A stretch of DNA of 64,000 bases from Alphaproteobacteria bacterium (GTDB lineage Bacteria > Pseudomonadota > Alphaproteobacteria > JAAXGF01): NCBI GenBank assembly GCA_963555825.3, contig CAUVXB020000002.1:96001-160000 (forward strand), given 5' to 3'. Every line of letters starts with the position of its first letter. Positions within the stretch are counted from its first letter, which is position 1. Under the pieces are notes generated by a model. That model did no database searches, was not told where the DNA came from, and saw only the letters and a program-made list of their open reading frames with translations. This document shows positions 20,430-31,900 of this stretch, piece by piece. The position numbers and the translations under genes are program-made.

Positions 20430-20670
20430 CTGCGGGCCGGTTCCCTCGGAGTGACCTGACCCGCACAGCGATAGACGCATCTAGACTGATAGGGCCGGCC
20501 GCCCTTGGGTGGCTTGACCCACACTCAGATCGACCGAGATGTCATTCCCCGGACATGTCGGCCACCCGGGGGCAACCGGTTGAGGTTCCGACCTCGACCG
20601 ACATCGTGACCTGATGAGAGCCCGGCCTTGGGCGCCCCGTCACTGTCGTGTCCGACATCGGCTGAGTTCG
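20430..20670 (+). ncRNA. Putative IS110 bridge RNA
   Basis: Stems TGCGGG/CCCGCA and GGGTGGC/GCCACCC. Loop segments match the right target flank and both donor ends (see findings). Confidence 0.65.
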
Positions 20671-20709
20671 GAGCCAACCCCTCCACCCATCATAGACCAG
20701 GGGGCGGAC

Positions 20710-21765
20710 ATGGCGACTGCAACAGCCGACAACATCCAGATCATCGGTGGCGTCGACACCCACCAGGACCTGCACACCGCCGCCGTCGTGAGCCACGACG
20801 GAACGGTGCTTGGTACCGAATCGTTCTCCACCACCCGAGCCGGCTACCGGGCGATGCTTCGCTGGTTCCGCTCTCATGGCGAGCTGCTTCGTGTAGGAGT
20901 GGAATCCACCGGTACCTACGGAGCCGGCATCACCCGGCACCTGGCACTCTCGGGTATCCCCGTGCTCGAGGTGACCGGGCCGGACCCAGCCAGCCGAAGA
21001 GCCAAGGGCAAGGACGACGCCCTGGATGCGATCTCCGCGGCCGAGGCGGCGCGCACAAGACGCCGGGTCCAGGTGGCCAAAGACCGTTCCGGCACCGTGG
21101 AAGCCCTGCGGGTGCTGCGAACAACGCGAAAGACGGCAATCAAGTGCCGCCGCGCGGCCCTGCAGCAACTCCACAACACCATCGTTGCCGCACCGGAGGA
21201 AGTGCGTGACCAGGTCCGCAACCTCACCCGCATGCAGCGCCTGCGTACCTGTGCGGCCTGGAGGCCGGACACGGTCGGCTATCGAGACCCGGTGGTCGCG
21301 ACCAAGCTCTCCCTGAAGTCCCTCGCCCGCAGAATCCTCGACATCAACGACGAGATCGCTGAACTCGACCGGTTCATCGTCCCCTTGGTCGAGGAGCTCG
21401 CCCCCAGTCTGCTTGAGCTCGAAGGCGTGGGCACCGAGAACGCAGGCGCAGTAATGGTCGCCGTTGGGGATAACCCGGATCGGCTCCGCTCCGAGGCGAG
21501 CTTCGCCATGATGTGCGGCGTCTGCCCGATCCCCGCATCGAGTGGGAAGACGCAACGCCACCGTCTCAACCGCGGAGGCAACCGCCAAGCCAACTCCGCC
21601 CTGCACATGGTCGTCGTGTGCCGAATGCGAACCGACGAGCGGACCCGAGCCTATGTCGCTCGCAGGACCCTGGAGGGGCTGTCCAAACGCGAGATCATGC
21701 GCGGCCTGAAGCGTTACGTGGCCCGCGAGATCTACCGCGTACTCACCGCCCCATCGAGTGCTTGA
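20710..21765 (+). CDS. IS110 DEDD recombinase
   Basis: GVDTHQD, GVESTG, KDDALDA, catalytic IPASSG, NRGGNRQAN. Confidence 0.93.
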   Translation: MATATADNIQIIGGVDTHQDLHTAAVVSHDGTVLGTESFSTTRAGYRAMLRWFRSHGELLRVGVESTGTYGAGITRHLALSGIPVLEVTGPDPASRRAKGKDDALDAISAAEAARTRRRVQVAKDRSGTVEALRVLRTTRKTAIKCRRAALQQLHNTIVAAPEEVRDQVRNLTRMQRLRTCAAWRPDTVGYRDPVVATKLSLKSLARRILDINDEIAELDRFIVPLVEELAPSLLELEGVGTENAGAVMVAVGDNPDRLRSEASFAMMCGVCPIPASSGKTQRHRLNRGGNRQANSALHMVVVCRMRTDERTRAYVARRTLEGLSKREIMRGLKRYVAREIYRVLTAPSSA

Positions 21766-22098
21766 CAAACATGAGAGCGTCCGGGGAAGCCAGTACTGCT
21801 CAGACGCATACCAGACGCGCCTCGGTGAACTCGGTTTCCTCGCCTCAATGAGCGGTAAGGGAAATTGCTATGATAACGCCGTCGTCGAGACCTTCTTCAA
21901 AACCATCAAGTCAGAACTGATCTGGAGGACTGTGTTCATGTCAAGAAGCCAAGCTGAAACTGCCATGGCCGGATACATCGATGGGTTCTATAATCCAGTC
22001 CGTCGGCACTCGACGCTGGACTTCACAAGCCCCGTCAAATTCGAGGCAGAAGCAATGCAAACGGTGTAGGGCGCCTCCACTTTTCCTGGATGGGTCCA

Positions 22099-23565
22099 GG
22101 CCGCAGCGCCCGCGCGATCGCCACCCACTGCGGCCTTGCGCGGCGCTCGGTGGCGCAGACCCTGGAGCGGTTCGCCGCCTCCGGGCTGAGCTGGCCGGAG
22201 GCCCGCGACCTGGACGAGGAGGTCCTGGAGGCGGCGCTCTATCGGAGGTCCCGGGCTTCGGATTGGCCGGAGGTGGACTGGGCGAAGGTCGAGAAAGACC
22301 TGTCCGGCCGCGGCATGACGCTGATGCTGCTGTGGGAGGAATGGCGCGAGACGCATCCCGACGGGATGAGCTATCCGACCTGGTGCCGCCGGTTCCGGGA
22401 ATGGCGGCCGCGCCGGGACGTGACGATGCGCCAGAACCGCCGTCCCGGAGAGCGGCTGTTCGTCGATTACGCCGGCATGACGATTGCGCTCCTGGTCGAG
22501 GGGGTCGAGCACGAGGCGCAGGTGTTCGTGGCCTCGATGGGGGTCTCGGGGCGGCTCTACGCCGAGGCGACGCTGACCCAGAAGATCGAGGACTGGTGCG
22601 CTTCGCACGTGCGCTGCTTCGAGGACATGGGCTGGGCGCCGCAGCTGGTGGTGCCCGACAACCTCAAGCCGGCAGTGACGCAGCCGTCGCGCTACGAGCC
22701 GGTCCTGAACGAGACCTACGCCGATCTGCTCGAACATTACGGCGTCCAGGGCCTGCCGGCGCGGGTCCGGCGCCCGCGCGACAAGGGACTCGTCGAACAA
22801 GGAGTGCTTCACGTTGAGCGCGGGGTCCTGGCGCCGCTGCGCAACCATATCTTCCATGATCTGGCGTCGCTGAACCGGGCGATCGCCGCCCGGGCCCGGA
22901 AGATCAACGAGCGCCCCTATGCCGATGGCACGGGCGAGAACCGCTACAGCCGTTTCGAGAGTGTCGATCTCCCCCACATGCGGCCCCTGCCGGACCGGCG
23001 CTGGCAGCGCACGCAGTGGCGCAAGAACACGGTCCACCGCGATTACCACATCGCCATCGACCGGCACTTCTACTCGGTGCCCTACCAGTACGTCGGCAAG
23101 GAGGTCGATGTCCGCCTGCGCGGATCGGTGATCGACGTCTTCCACCGAGGCCGGCAGATCGCCAGCCATCTCCGCAGCCAGGCCAGAGGCCGCGCCACCA
23201 CGCTCAGGGAACACCAGCCGCAGGCACATCAGCGCGCCGGCGTCGAGGACACCCGCGTCCGGCTGGAGGACAAGGCCCGGGATCTCGGCCCCCATGTCCA
23301 CGCCTTCGTCACGGCGGTCATGGAGCGCAATCCCAATCCGGAGTTCGGCTTCCGCTCGCGCTACGGCGTTCTGCGGCTCGCCAACGGCCACGAGCCGGCG
23401 CGCTTCGACGCCGCCTGCCGCTACCCGCTGGAGCTCGGCACCCGAACCTATCGCGGCCTCGACAACATCCTGCGCACCGGCGCCGATCGCGCCGCCGCCG
23501 AGCAGGAACCCGAGGCCCTGCCCCTCGATCATCCAAACATTAGAGGACCGGAGTATTACAGATGA
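22099..23565 (+). CDS. istA: IS21 transposase IstA (5'-truncated)
   Basis: FVDYAG, VPDNLK, RPRDKGLVE, HPNIRGPEYY. Confidence 0.85.
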   Translation, partial: GRSARAIATHCGLARRSVAQTLERFAASGLSWPEARDLDEEVLEAALYRRSRASDWPEVDWAKVEKDLSGRGMTLMLLWEEWRETHPDGMSYPTWCRRFREWRPRRDVTMRQNRRPGERLFVDYAGMTIALLVEGVEHEAQVFVASMGVSGRLYAEATLTQKIEDWCASHVRCFEDMGWAPQLVVPDNLKPAVTQPSRYEPVLNETYADLLEHYGVQGLPARVRRPRDKGLVEQGVLHVERGVLAPLRNHIFHDLASLNRAIAARARKINERPYADGTGENRYSRFESVDLPHMRPLPDRRWQRTQWRKNTVHRDYHIAIDRHFYSVPYQYVGKEVDVRLRGSVIDVFHRGRQIASHLRSQARGRATTLREHQPQAHQRAGVEDTRVRLEDKARDLGPHVHAFVTAVMERNPNPEFGFRSRYGVLRLANGHEPARFDAACRYPLELGTRTYRGLDNILRTGADRAAAEQEPEALPLDHPNIRGPEYYR

Positions 23566-24323
23566 CCGATAACGCCGTATCCCACCCCCTGGCCGCGCGC
23601 ATAGCCAAGCTGCGCCTGCCCGGGATGCAGGCCGCCTTCCTCGAACAGATGGCGCGCCACGACCTCAATGACATGACCTTCGAGGACCGCCTCGCGCTGC
23701 TGATCGACCGAGAGATATCCGAGCGCCGATCCAGAGCCCTGCAGCGGCGGCTCAAGAAGGCCCAGCTCCGCCACCAGGACGCCTGCTTCGAGGACATCAA
23801 CCTGAGCCGCCCCCGCGGCCTCGACCGCAACGTCGTGCTCGGCCTCGGCGACTGCGTGTGGGTCCGCAACGGCGCCAATATCCTGATCACCGGCCCGTGC
23901 GGCACGGGCAAGTCCTGGATCGCGTGCGCCTTCGCCCACAAGGCCTGCCTCGAAGGGCACCAGGCCCAGTACCTGCGCGTGCCGCGGCTGCTCACCGATC
24001 TGCGGATCGCCCATGGCGAGGGCACCATACCGAAGCTCTACCGCGATCTCGCCCGCATCGAGGTGCTCATCCTCGACGACTGGGGCCTGGCGCCGATCGA
24101 CGGCGCGCGGGCACGCGACCTCCTCGAGATCCTCGATGATCGCTTCGGCCGGCGCTCGGTGGTCGCAACCAGCCAACTCCCGGTCGCCGACTGGCACCGG
24201 CAGCTCAACGATCCCACCCTCGCGGATGCAATCCTCGACCGCCTCGTCCACGGCGCGACCCGGATCGAGCTGCACGGCACGTCCATGCGCACCGATGATG
24301 CCGACGCTGCTACCAAGTCATGA
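23562..24323 (+). CDS. istB: IS21 helper ATPase IstB
   Basis: GPCGTGKS, LILDDWG, TSQLP, ADAILDRLVH. Confidence 0.93.
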   Translation: MTDNAVSHPLAARIAKLRLPGMQAAFLEQMARHDLNDMTFEDRLALLIDREISERRSRALQRRLKKAQLRHQDACFEDINLSRPRGLDRNVVLGLGDCVWVRNGANILITGPCGTGKSWIACAFAHKACLEGHQAQYLRVPRLLTDLRIAHGEGTIPKLYRDLARIEVLILDDWGLAPIDGARARDLLEILDDRFGRRSVVATSQLPVADWHRQLNDPTLADAILDRLVHGATRIELHGTSMRTDDADAATKS

Positions 24324-24563
24324 ACGCGGCAGGGGGCCGCGCTTCGCGCGGCAGAATCGTCGCTCCGCTCCGGGACATCGGAGAAAACGGACGGATCGTG
24401 CGACAGCATGGTGCGCGCGCCGCTCCGACTCGTGAGGGGTCACGCGTCGCGCGCGCACCATGCCCCACCGCCTTGCCGCAGGGCCTTCGGCGGTGGTATC
24501 GCTGAACAGGAAATCGTCAAGGGGGAACTGCCGACAATAACGTGATCCCTCGCTCCGCTCGGG

Positions 24564-24657
24564 GGTGGCTACCATGGTGAGAATCGGTGGCTACCTTGAG
24601 TGAGAATCGCCGGCTACGTTGATTGAGAATGGCCGGCTACATTGGTGAGAATCCGCA
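24564..24657 (+). repeat. IS21 terminal tandem repeats GG(T/C)GGCTAC..GAGAAT x4
   Basis: Four adjacent imperfect copies without spacers. Confidence 0.8.
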
Positions 24658-25000
24658 GGGGCTCCGCGTCCGGCTCAAGCACGCCTTCCGCCATCTTCGA
24701 TTGAACCCAGAAGGGCGACGCCGGTCCGTCCGCGTCGGGGTCCGCCCACGCCAGAAGATCGAACCGGGCGGCCTCCAGTTCCGCCGCCGTCTGGATGCGG
24801 ATCGGGAAGGGACCGGGCTCGAAGACCGGCTCGAGAGCGGGCAGGAGGGAGTGCACCCGCCACGCCGCCAGATAAGTCTCGATGTGTCTGAGAAACAGCC
24901 ACGCCCGAAACCCGTCAACGGTCTCCTTCGCGGCCCGTTTCCGGCCCCGGCGCGTCACTGCCCGGCTCCGGTTCCGCACTGCGCGGCCCGGGTCCGGCAC
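24658..25000 (-). pseudogene. FseA-like (DUF6499-DUF2285) transcriptional activator truncated by IS21
   Basis: AWLFLRHIETYLAAW resembles the AWEFLRRN..Y motif, followed by AARFDLLAWADPD..ASPFW; the frame runs into the IS21 end. Confidence 0.55.
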
Positions 25001-25186
25001 AGCTGCCGAACATCACCAGTGCCGCACGCCAATATCATTCAACGCCGCCGCCCAATGTCGCCCAAGGCAGTGCCGCAAGACCTGGCGCGGCGCAGCGATC
25101 CGCGCCGGCCGTTCGCAGACCGCCTTCCCGCGGGGGCCGAAGCCCCGCCCTGAAGCCGCAACCCGGTCCGTCCGCCCCCACCACGG

Positions 25187-25471
25187 CTACCCGGCCGTCC
25201 GGTTCACCGCGTCCCGGAGCCCCTTGCCGGCCCGGAACGACACCGACCGCGACGCCGGCACGGCGATGCTCGCGCCGGTCGCGGGATTGCGCGCCGTGCG
25301 CGCCGGGCGCGAGCGCACGCCGAACGCCCCGAACCCCACAAGCCGTACCGTCTCGCCCCGCGCCAGCGCGCCGGCGACCGCTCCGAGCGCGGCTTTCACC
25401 GCCGCATCCGCCGCCGCCGGGTCCAAGCCCGTTTGCATGGCCACCTGCCGGACCAGTTCCGATCGGTTCAT
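25187..25471 (-). CDS. hup: HU family DNA-binding protein
   Basis: MNRSELV, GFGAF, ARTARNPATG, FRAGKGLRDAVN. Confidence 0.93.
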   Translation of the reverse strand: MNRSELVRQVAMQTGLDPAAADAAVKAALGAVAGALARGETVRLVGFGAFGVRSRPARTARNPATGASIAVPASRSVSFRAGKGLRDAVNRTAG

Positions 25472-25612
25472 CCCATGTCTCCCGCTTGCTAATCCCGCTA
25501 CCAGCGCGCAGTCACCGTGAACACGATCCCGTGCTCGGGCGGGGTGTTGTCATTGGCTCTCTCGCGCCGGCGCGCCTCGAGCGAAAGCTCCAGAGACCCC
25601 GGCCCGGAACCG

Positions 25613-25952
25613 GACCGCGTCAGCCGCCGCTCGGTGACCGTCACCAGTCAGTCGCCCGACGCCGACTGGCACCGCCAGCTCAACGATCCCACCCTGGCAG
25701 ACGCCATCCTCGACCGTCTCGTTCATGGCGCCATACGCTTCGAGCTGCACGCCACGTCCATGCGCACCGATGAAGCCGGTGCTGGAGCCAAACAATGAAA
25801 GCGGGAGGGGGCCGCGCTTCGCGCGGTAGAACCGTCGCTCCGACTCGTGAAGGGTCACGCGCCGCGCGCGCACCATGCTTCCCCTCCTTGCCGCAGGGCC
25901 TTCGGCGGTGATATCGCTGAGGAAGAAATCGCGAAAGGAAAACTGCCGACAA
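25613..25952 (+). pseudogene. Remnant of istB 3' end and downstream IS21 sequence
   Basis: Diverged copy of about 24140-24536 (DWHRQLNDPTLADAILDRLVHGA and following non-coding DNA). Confidence 0.75.
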
Positions 25953-25969
25953 CACCCGCCCGGACCCCA

Positions 25970-28900
25970 TCAGAACCGCGCCGTGAGCCGCAGGCCGACC
26001 TCGTGCACCGGGTCCGTGTCGTCGTTGGCGCTCTCGTGCCGCCGCGCCTCGAAGGAGAGTTCGAGCGAGCCGCCATCGCTGCCGGATCCGCCCAGCACCA
26101 GGCGCCAGCCGAGGCTGTAGTCGCGCCCGGTGTCCGACAGGCCGACACCGGCCTCGGGCGTCCAGGTGAAACGGTCGCCGAAGGCCGACAGGCCGTAGCC
26201 GAACTTCAGCTCCAGCCGCCGGCTCTTCAGCTCGTCGTTGCCGCCCTCGCCGTTGTCGTTCGCCGCCAGCCCTTCCAGCGTGGTGCGCGACAGGAGCGCA
26301 TCGGCGCCGCCCGAGGACGACCCGCCGACCGTCTGGGTCAGCCTCAGCTTCGCCCCCCGGTCCGAGCCCGGATTCCCTTCCCAGGCGAGCGAACCCGAGA
26401 AGCCGAGGTCGCGGAAGCCCTTCGACTCGTGGGCGAGCAGCCCCCGCCCGCGCAGCTCCGCCTGCAGGCCGCGCTTCGGGTCGCTCAGCGCGAGCCCGCC
26501 GCCGAGGTCGAGGCCGAAGCCGGTCTCGGCGTCGCCGCCGTCGTGACGCACCCCGATCTCCAGGCTCGGCGTCAGCGCCGCCCCGCCGCCGAGCCGGATC
26601 GTCCGGGAGCCCTCCAGGCCGAGGCGCAGCCGGGACACCGTGGCCCGGGCCGGCGCGAGATTGCCGCCGTCGGCGCTGCGCCCGCGGCCCGAGGCCGTCT
26701 GCACGACCATCGCGTCGGTCTTGCCGGTGAGCTGGAAGCCGGACCCCGATTCGGGGTCGAGCAGCACGCCGCGCAGCCCCGCCGCCGCCATCCGGAGGTC
26801 GAGGTCGGTGCGGATCGCCGCGCCGTCTTCGTCCGTCCCCGGCTTCTTCGGCGTCACCGTGAGCTCGCCCTGGCCGTAGCCCGCCGCGCCCCAGGCTTCC
26901 AGCCGTTCGGAGAGGGCATGCCGCGCCCAGGGGAAGACCCCGGTGAGCGTCGCCTCGACCCTGCCGCCTGTCCCGGACCCCGATCCGGGGCCGCTGCCGG
27001 CGGCGGTGCCTGCCCCGTCCCCCGGGCCGTCCCCTGCGCCGGGCGCGCCGCTGTAGCCGCCCTCGGCGGCGCTGTGGGAGACGATCAGCCCGGCGGTCCA
27101 GCGCCCGCCGGTCCAGTCGGCGCCGAGCATGCCGGTCACGACCTCGCCGTCCAGCGTGAGCCTGCCCTCGCGCCCGTCGAAGCGCGAGACCGCGCCCCGG
27201 CCCCAGAGCGAGACCAGGTCCTTGCCGGCCGTCTCCGAGGTCAGCGCGAAGGAGGATCCTGTCTGCAGGTCGCGCGGCGTCACCGCCCGCGACCGGCGCT
27301 GCGCCTCCTCCGGGTCGGTCTCGCCGTGCAGCCAGTCGGCCAGCCGCTCCGCATCGCGCCGGGCCTCCTCCTCGCGCCGCGCGTCCCGTTCCGCCTCGCT
27401 GCCGGGCTCCGCATGCCCCCCGATCCGCTCGCCGGCGAGCGCGACCTCGACCCCGGGCGCCGGCGACGCCCGCATCCGCCCCTCGACCGCCACCAGCACC
27501 TGCTCCGCCACCGTGCGCCCGAAGCGCGCGATCCAGGCCTTCGGGATCGCGCCGTTGTTGCGGATCGTCCCCACCGCCTCGCCGTCGGCGATGCGCGCGC
27601 CCACCGGGTTCAAGAGCTTGAGCGTCAGCGTCTCCGACTCTTCGTCGTGCTCGTCGGCCAGCACCGGCACCGAGACGGTGTGCCTGGTCTCTCCAGGGCT
27701 GAAGCTCAGCGTGCCCGCGGTGTGCACGTAGTCGTCGCCGGCGACCGCCTCGCCGTTTACCGTGGCGTAGTCGACCCTCACCGGCGCGTGGCGCCTGCGG
27801 TCGAGGCTGACCACGAATTCCAGCACCGCTCCCGGCCCCTCCTGCACCTGCGCGTCGGCCACGGAGAGCGCCGCCGGGCCCGGCACCGTCACGCCGAGCG
27901 GCCCGCTCAGCACCGACCCACCGGCGGTGCACACCGTCTTCTCCTGCCCGCAGGGCGGGACGGCCTTCAAGGTCAGCGTCACCGCCTCGTCGGCGCTCGG
28001 CGTCACCTTCAGGACGAAGGCCTTGTTCGACGGCGGGCTCGCCCGCCGTGCCCCCCCGATCGTGCCGCCCTCCCTGGTGAACAGGCTGTCACGCACCGTC
28101 TTGTAGCTCAGCCCCTCGGGCTCTTCGTCGAAGGTGAGCGTGAGCGTGAACTCTGTCTCCCCGTCGTGCTCCTCCGGCACGCCCGAGAACGCGCCGGTGA
28201 ACGTGTCCGCACCGCCGCTCGCCGCGATCGTCCCGCTCGCCTCGGTAGTGGCGAGCGTCGCGCCCTCGGCGTTCGAGAGCCGCAGGGGGAGCGTCTCGGC
28301 CGGCTCCTCATCGCCGTCGCCGAGCGTCGCGACCGAGACCGTCTTCACCGTCTCGCCCGGCGCGAAGCTCACCGTCCCCGACACCGGCACGTAGTCGGCG
28401 CCTTCCTGCGCCGTGCCATCGGCGGTCTCGTAGTCGACGCTCACCGGCGTCTCCGACGCCTGCGAGAGCTCGAGGCGGAACTCGAGCGCCTCGCCCTCGC
28501 GCGCTTCGGCGTCGCTCGCCTCGATGCTCGGGAGCTCGGGCGCGGCGAAGCCCGCGCGTGCCGCCCCGGGGTGGGCGATGTCCGCAACCAGCCCGGCGGT
28601 GCTCTCGATGGCGCCCCGGTTCAGCGCGAGCGAGTCGCCTTCGACGATCACGGTCGGGGCGGGCGCCGCCCCGTCCTCCCGCGTAACCGCGAAGGTGAGG
28701 GTGTCGGTCCCCGTGCCGCTCGCGTAGGGGATCGCATAGGTGGCGGCGCCGACCCGTGCGCGCAGCGCCGGCGTCCCCGCTTCGGTGTCGACCGTCACGG
28801 GCTCCTCGAAGGTGACGGCGACCTCGACGGTCTCGCCCGCGTCCCAGGTGCCGTCGCCGCCGGGGGCCGCCCCGATGGCGAGCGACGCGATGCGCGGGTT

Positions 28901-31900
28901 CTCGCCGAAGTCGAGCACCGCGTCGTTGCCGTCCGCGTCGCGCACCGTCGCCCCGTTGAGCACCAGGCCGTTGGCGATCGCCCGTGCCGCGGCGGCGCCT
29001 TCGGCGCTCTTCGGCGCCTCGACCGCGAAGCGCAGCGTCGCGCTGCCCGAGCCCGAGACATAGGCCGCGTCGTGGCGCCGGCCCGCAAGCGCGATGGCGA
29101 GCGTCGGGCTGCCTTCGGTCTCGTCGACGATGACCACGGTGTCGAAGGCGACCTGCGCCTCGATCCTCTCTTCGGCCGCATAGGCGCCGTTGCGCTGCGG
29201 CGCGCTCACCGCCGGCGTGCCGACGATCGCCGGCGCGGCGCCTGCCCGGGCGGTCCCGATCGGGCGCACCGGCACCGTCGCGACTTCGAACACGCCGTCC
29301 ACGATGCGCGGCATGTAGATGCGGTGCACGAGCTTACCGGCTTCGTTCTCGAGCGTGACGTGCGTCGCATGCAGGGCGATCGTCATCGTGCGCCCCTCGG
29401 TCGGGCCCTCGTCGTCGGGCGGTGTCACCGAGGGCAGGACTTCAGTGTTCGAGCGGCGCCCCTCGGTGGCGCCGGGCTTGAACGTCACCACCCTGCCGCC
29501 CGGTCCGTTGTCGCTCCCCTCGTGGCGTCCGAGCGCCGGGGTCCCGGGGAAGGCGCTGTCGGTGATCCCCAACAGCACGTAAGTCTCCTCGTCGAGATCG
29601 CCGCTTCGGATGACCTTTCGCTTGACGCTGAACTCGTACATCTCGCCTTCGACGGCGTAGCCCTTGGCGTCGATCCGCAATTCGTGGAAGCCGCCGAAGA
29701 TCCTGGGCCCTTTGAACGGCTCGTCCTCGAACGAGCCGGCAACGAATTTGCGGCCGTCGCTGTCGACGATGTCTTTCCCCATGGACACGTCCAGCTTCGT
29801 CACCTTGATCCCTTCGAAGTCGTTGTCGCCTGTCGCCACCGGCCCCCAGGTGAAGGTGAGCGTCTTGCTGAGCGAGGTGCCCGATTCTCGGTTCCACGTG
29901 GCAGTCTTGGTCTCGCCCCACAGCTTGAACTTGAGGATGGGATCGCTCCCGGTCCCGGTCACCTTCACTGGGCGGTTGAACACGACCTCGAACGTGAGCC
30001 TGTCGCCCTCGTCGTGGGCCACCATCTTGTGGGCCTTGTACCGCCTCAGCCCGAGGACATTGCTCGAGAGATGCGCCTCGGTGTAGCCGTAGCGATCTGC
30101 GGGCACATCCGTCGGCATCAGCTCCGGCCCGAAGACGATGTCGTCCACCACCGGCCCCCGCAGCACCAGCACGCTGGTGAGCCCCGGCGCGGGGTTGCCC
30201 GCCGCGTCCCGCACCGGGTTCGACGCCGGCGCCGTGTAGCCCAGCGTCACCTCCGCGCCGTCGTCCGGCGCCGCGGAGAGCGTCAGCGTCACCGTGCTGC
30301 CCTCCACCGACACCATCGACACCGTCGGGTTCGACCCCACTGTCGCCGCTACCGTGTACGCGCTCGTCCCCGGCTCCGAGCTCCCGTCGAGCACCTCGTC
30401 GTAGACCAGCTCAAGCCTCGTCCCATCCAAGCTCGCCGACTCCACACCCGGCGGGTCGGCGTCCACCCGGTGCTCTCCAAGCCCTTCCCGCTCCGCGGGG
30501 TGCGCGAGCGCCGCGTCCTCCTCGACATTGGGATCGGTCGTGGTCAGCCGGACGGTCCCGCCGCCGAGCGCGAGCGCGTTCGCCTTCCACGAGATGCCGT
30601 CGGTATCGGTCTCGCCCGCCTGCACGGTGTAGGCGAACACCAGATCGGCCGTTTCCGAGCCGCTTGAATAGGCCGCCTCGCGCGTCTGGTCGCCCAGCAT
30701 GAACATGAACGTCGGCGTGCCGGTCACCGTCACCGGGGCGGTGAACCCGACGGTGAACCCGATCGTCTCGCCGCCGAGATAGGTGTTGCCCGCGGCCGGC
30801 GTCGAGGTCACCGTCACCGCCGTCACCGACAGGGTCTCGTCGTCGTCGATGACGATGTCGGTCGCGCATCTCCCCGCGCCGCCCAGGTCCCGGAGTCCGG
30901 CAGGGCACTCGAGCCCGAGCGGGGCCTGATTCGCCGCGGCGCTGACCTGCAGGCGGAACCGCTCGTCGCCCTCGAGCAGGCTGTCGTCCACCGTCTCGAC
31001 CGTTGCCGGAACCGACGCGGCGAACACGGCGCCGTCCGCCGTCCAGTCGCCCGGCCGCACCGTCAGCTCGCCGGAAACCGCCGTGTAGTCGTCGCCGGCC
31101 ACCGCGCTATCGTTCGTGGTGAACATCCTGACCTTGTAGTCCGCCCGCGGCTTCGGCATGCCCGCCGCCGTCTTCAGCGTCAGCGCGGCCGTCGCGTCCT
31201 TGCCCTCGGCCACCTCGTAGGCGTCCTCGGCCCACTGCGCGACGATCGGCGGGTCCACCACCACCACCTGCACCGTCGCCGCGTTGGCCGGCGCCGCCGC
31301 CGGCACGTAGAGGCGCCCGACGCCCGTGACCGTGGCGGCCAGGCCGCCCGACGCCAGGGTGTAGTCATCGGCAATCGGGAACGTCCCGGTTGCCGAGGTC
31401 TGGCCCGCCGGAATCGTGACGGTCTGCTCCGTGCTCGCGAGATACGCCCCCGCCTGCGCGATGGAGAGCGTGACCGCGAGGTCCGACGCCGGGGCCGGCG
31501 ACGCCGTCAGCCGGAACACCGCATCGGCCAGCAACGGCGCCGCCTTCGCATGCACCGCCGCGATCGACACCACCGGCAGCACCACCAGCACGAGCGTCTC
31601 GTTGGCCACCGGATGGTTCGTCAGCGCCCCCGCGGGGTTGCCGAAGAGGTCCCGCAGCGGGTTCGCCGCCGGCACCGTGTAGGTCAGCGTCACCGCCTGC
31701 CCGAACACCGCCGGCGTCGCCAGGGTCAGCGTCACCGTCGTCCCGTCCACCGCCACCGCGCTCACCGCCTGCGCCGTGCCGCCGTCCAGCGACACCTTGA
31801 ATTCGCCCTTCTCCGGCACCGAGCCCTCGTCGAGCGCCTCGTCGTAGACCAGCTCCAGCACCGTCCCCTGCATGCTCGCCGACTCCACACCCGGCGGGAC

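Larger units (their letters stand above)
20419..21779 (+). mobile_element. IS110-family element
   Basis: Interrupts IS3 orfB; AGCG microhomology at both junctions (20415-18, 21776-79); about 290-bp non-coding left end; no terminal IRs. Confidence 0.9.
19725..22098 (+). mobile_element. IS3-family element, 5'-truncated and interrupted by IS110
   Basis: orfA tail (ERDLLKKALAFF) with A7 run; orfB WAADISY..HHS|RGSQY..GNCYDNAVVETFF split at 20419/21780; right end GCCTCCACTTTTCCTGGATGGGTCCA. Confidence 0.85.
22099..24657 (+). mobile_element. IS21-family element, left end lost at the IS3 junction
   Basis: istA-istB pair; four terminal 22-23 bp repeats ending in CA at 24657. Confidence 0.85.

Noticed and set aside
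24564-24657. Four short repeats resembling a mini CRISPR array or iterons
   Set aside because: No spacers, no cas or rep gene; they end in CA right after istB, as expected for IS21 terminal repeats.
25847-30667. 1606-aa plus-strand ORF and many other long overlapping ORFs (e.g. 35641-39732, 55532-58348, 48893-51385)
   Set aside because: Arg/Pro/Ala-rich shadow frames of real genes in high-GC DNA, with no motifs.
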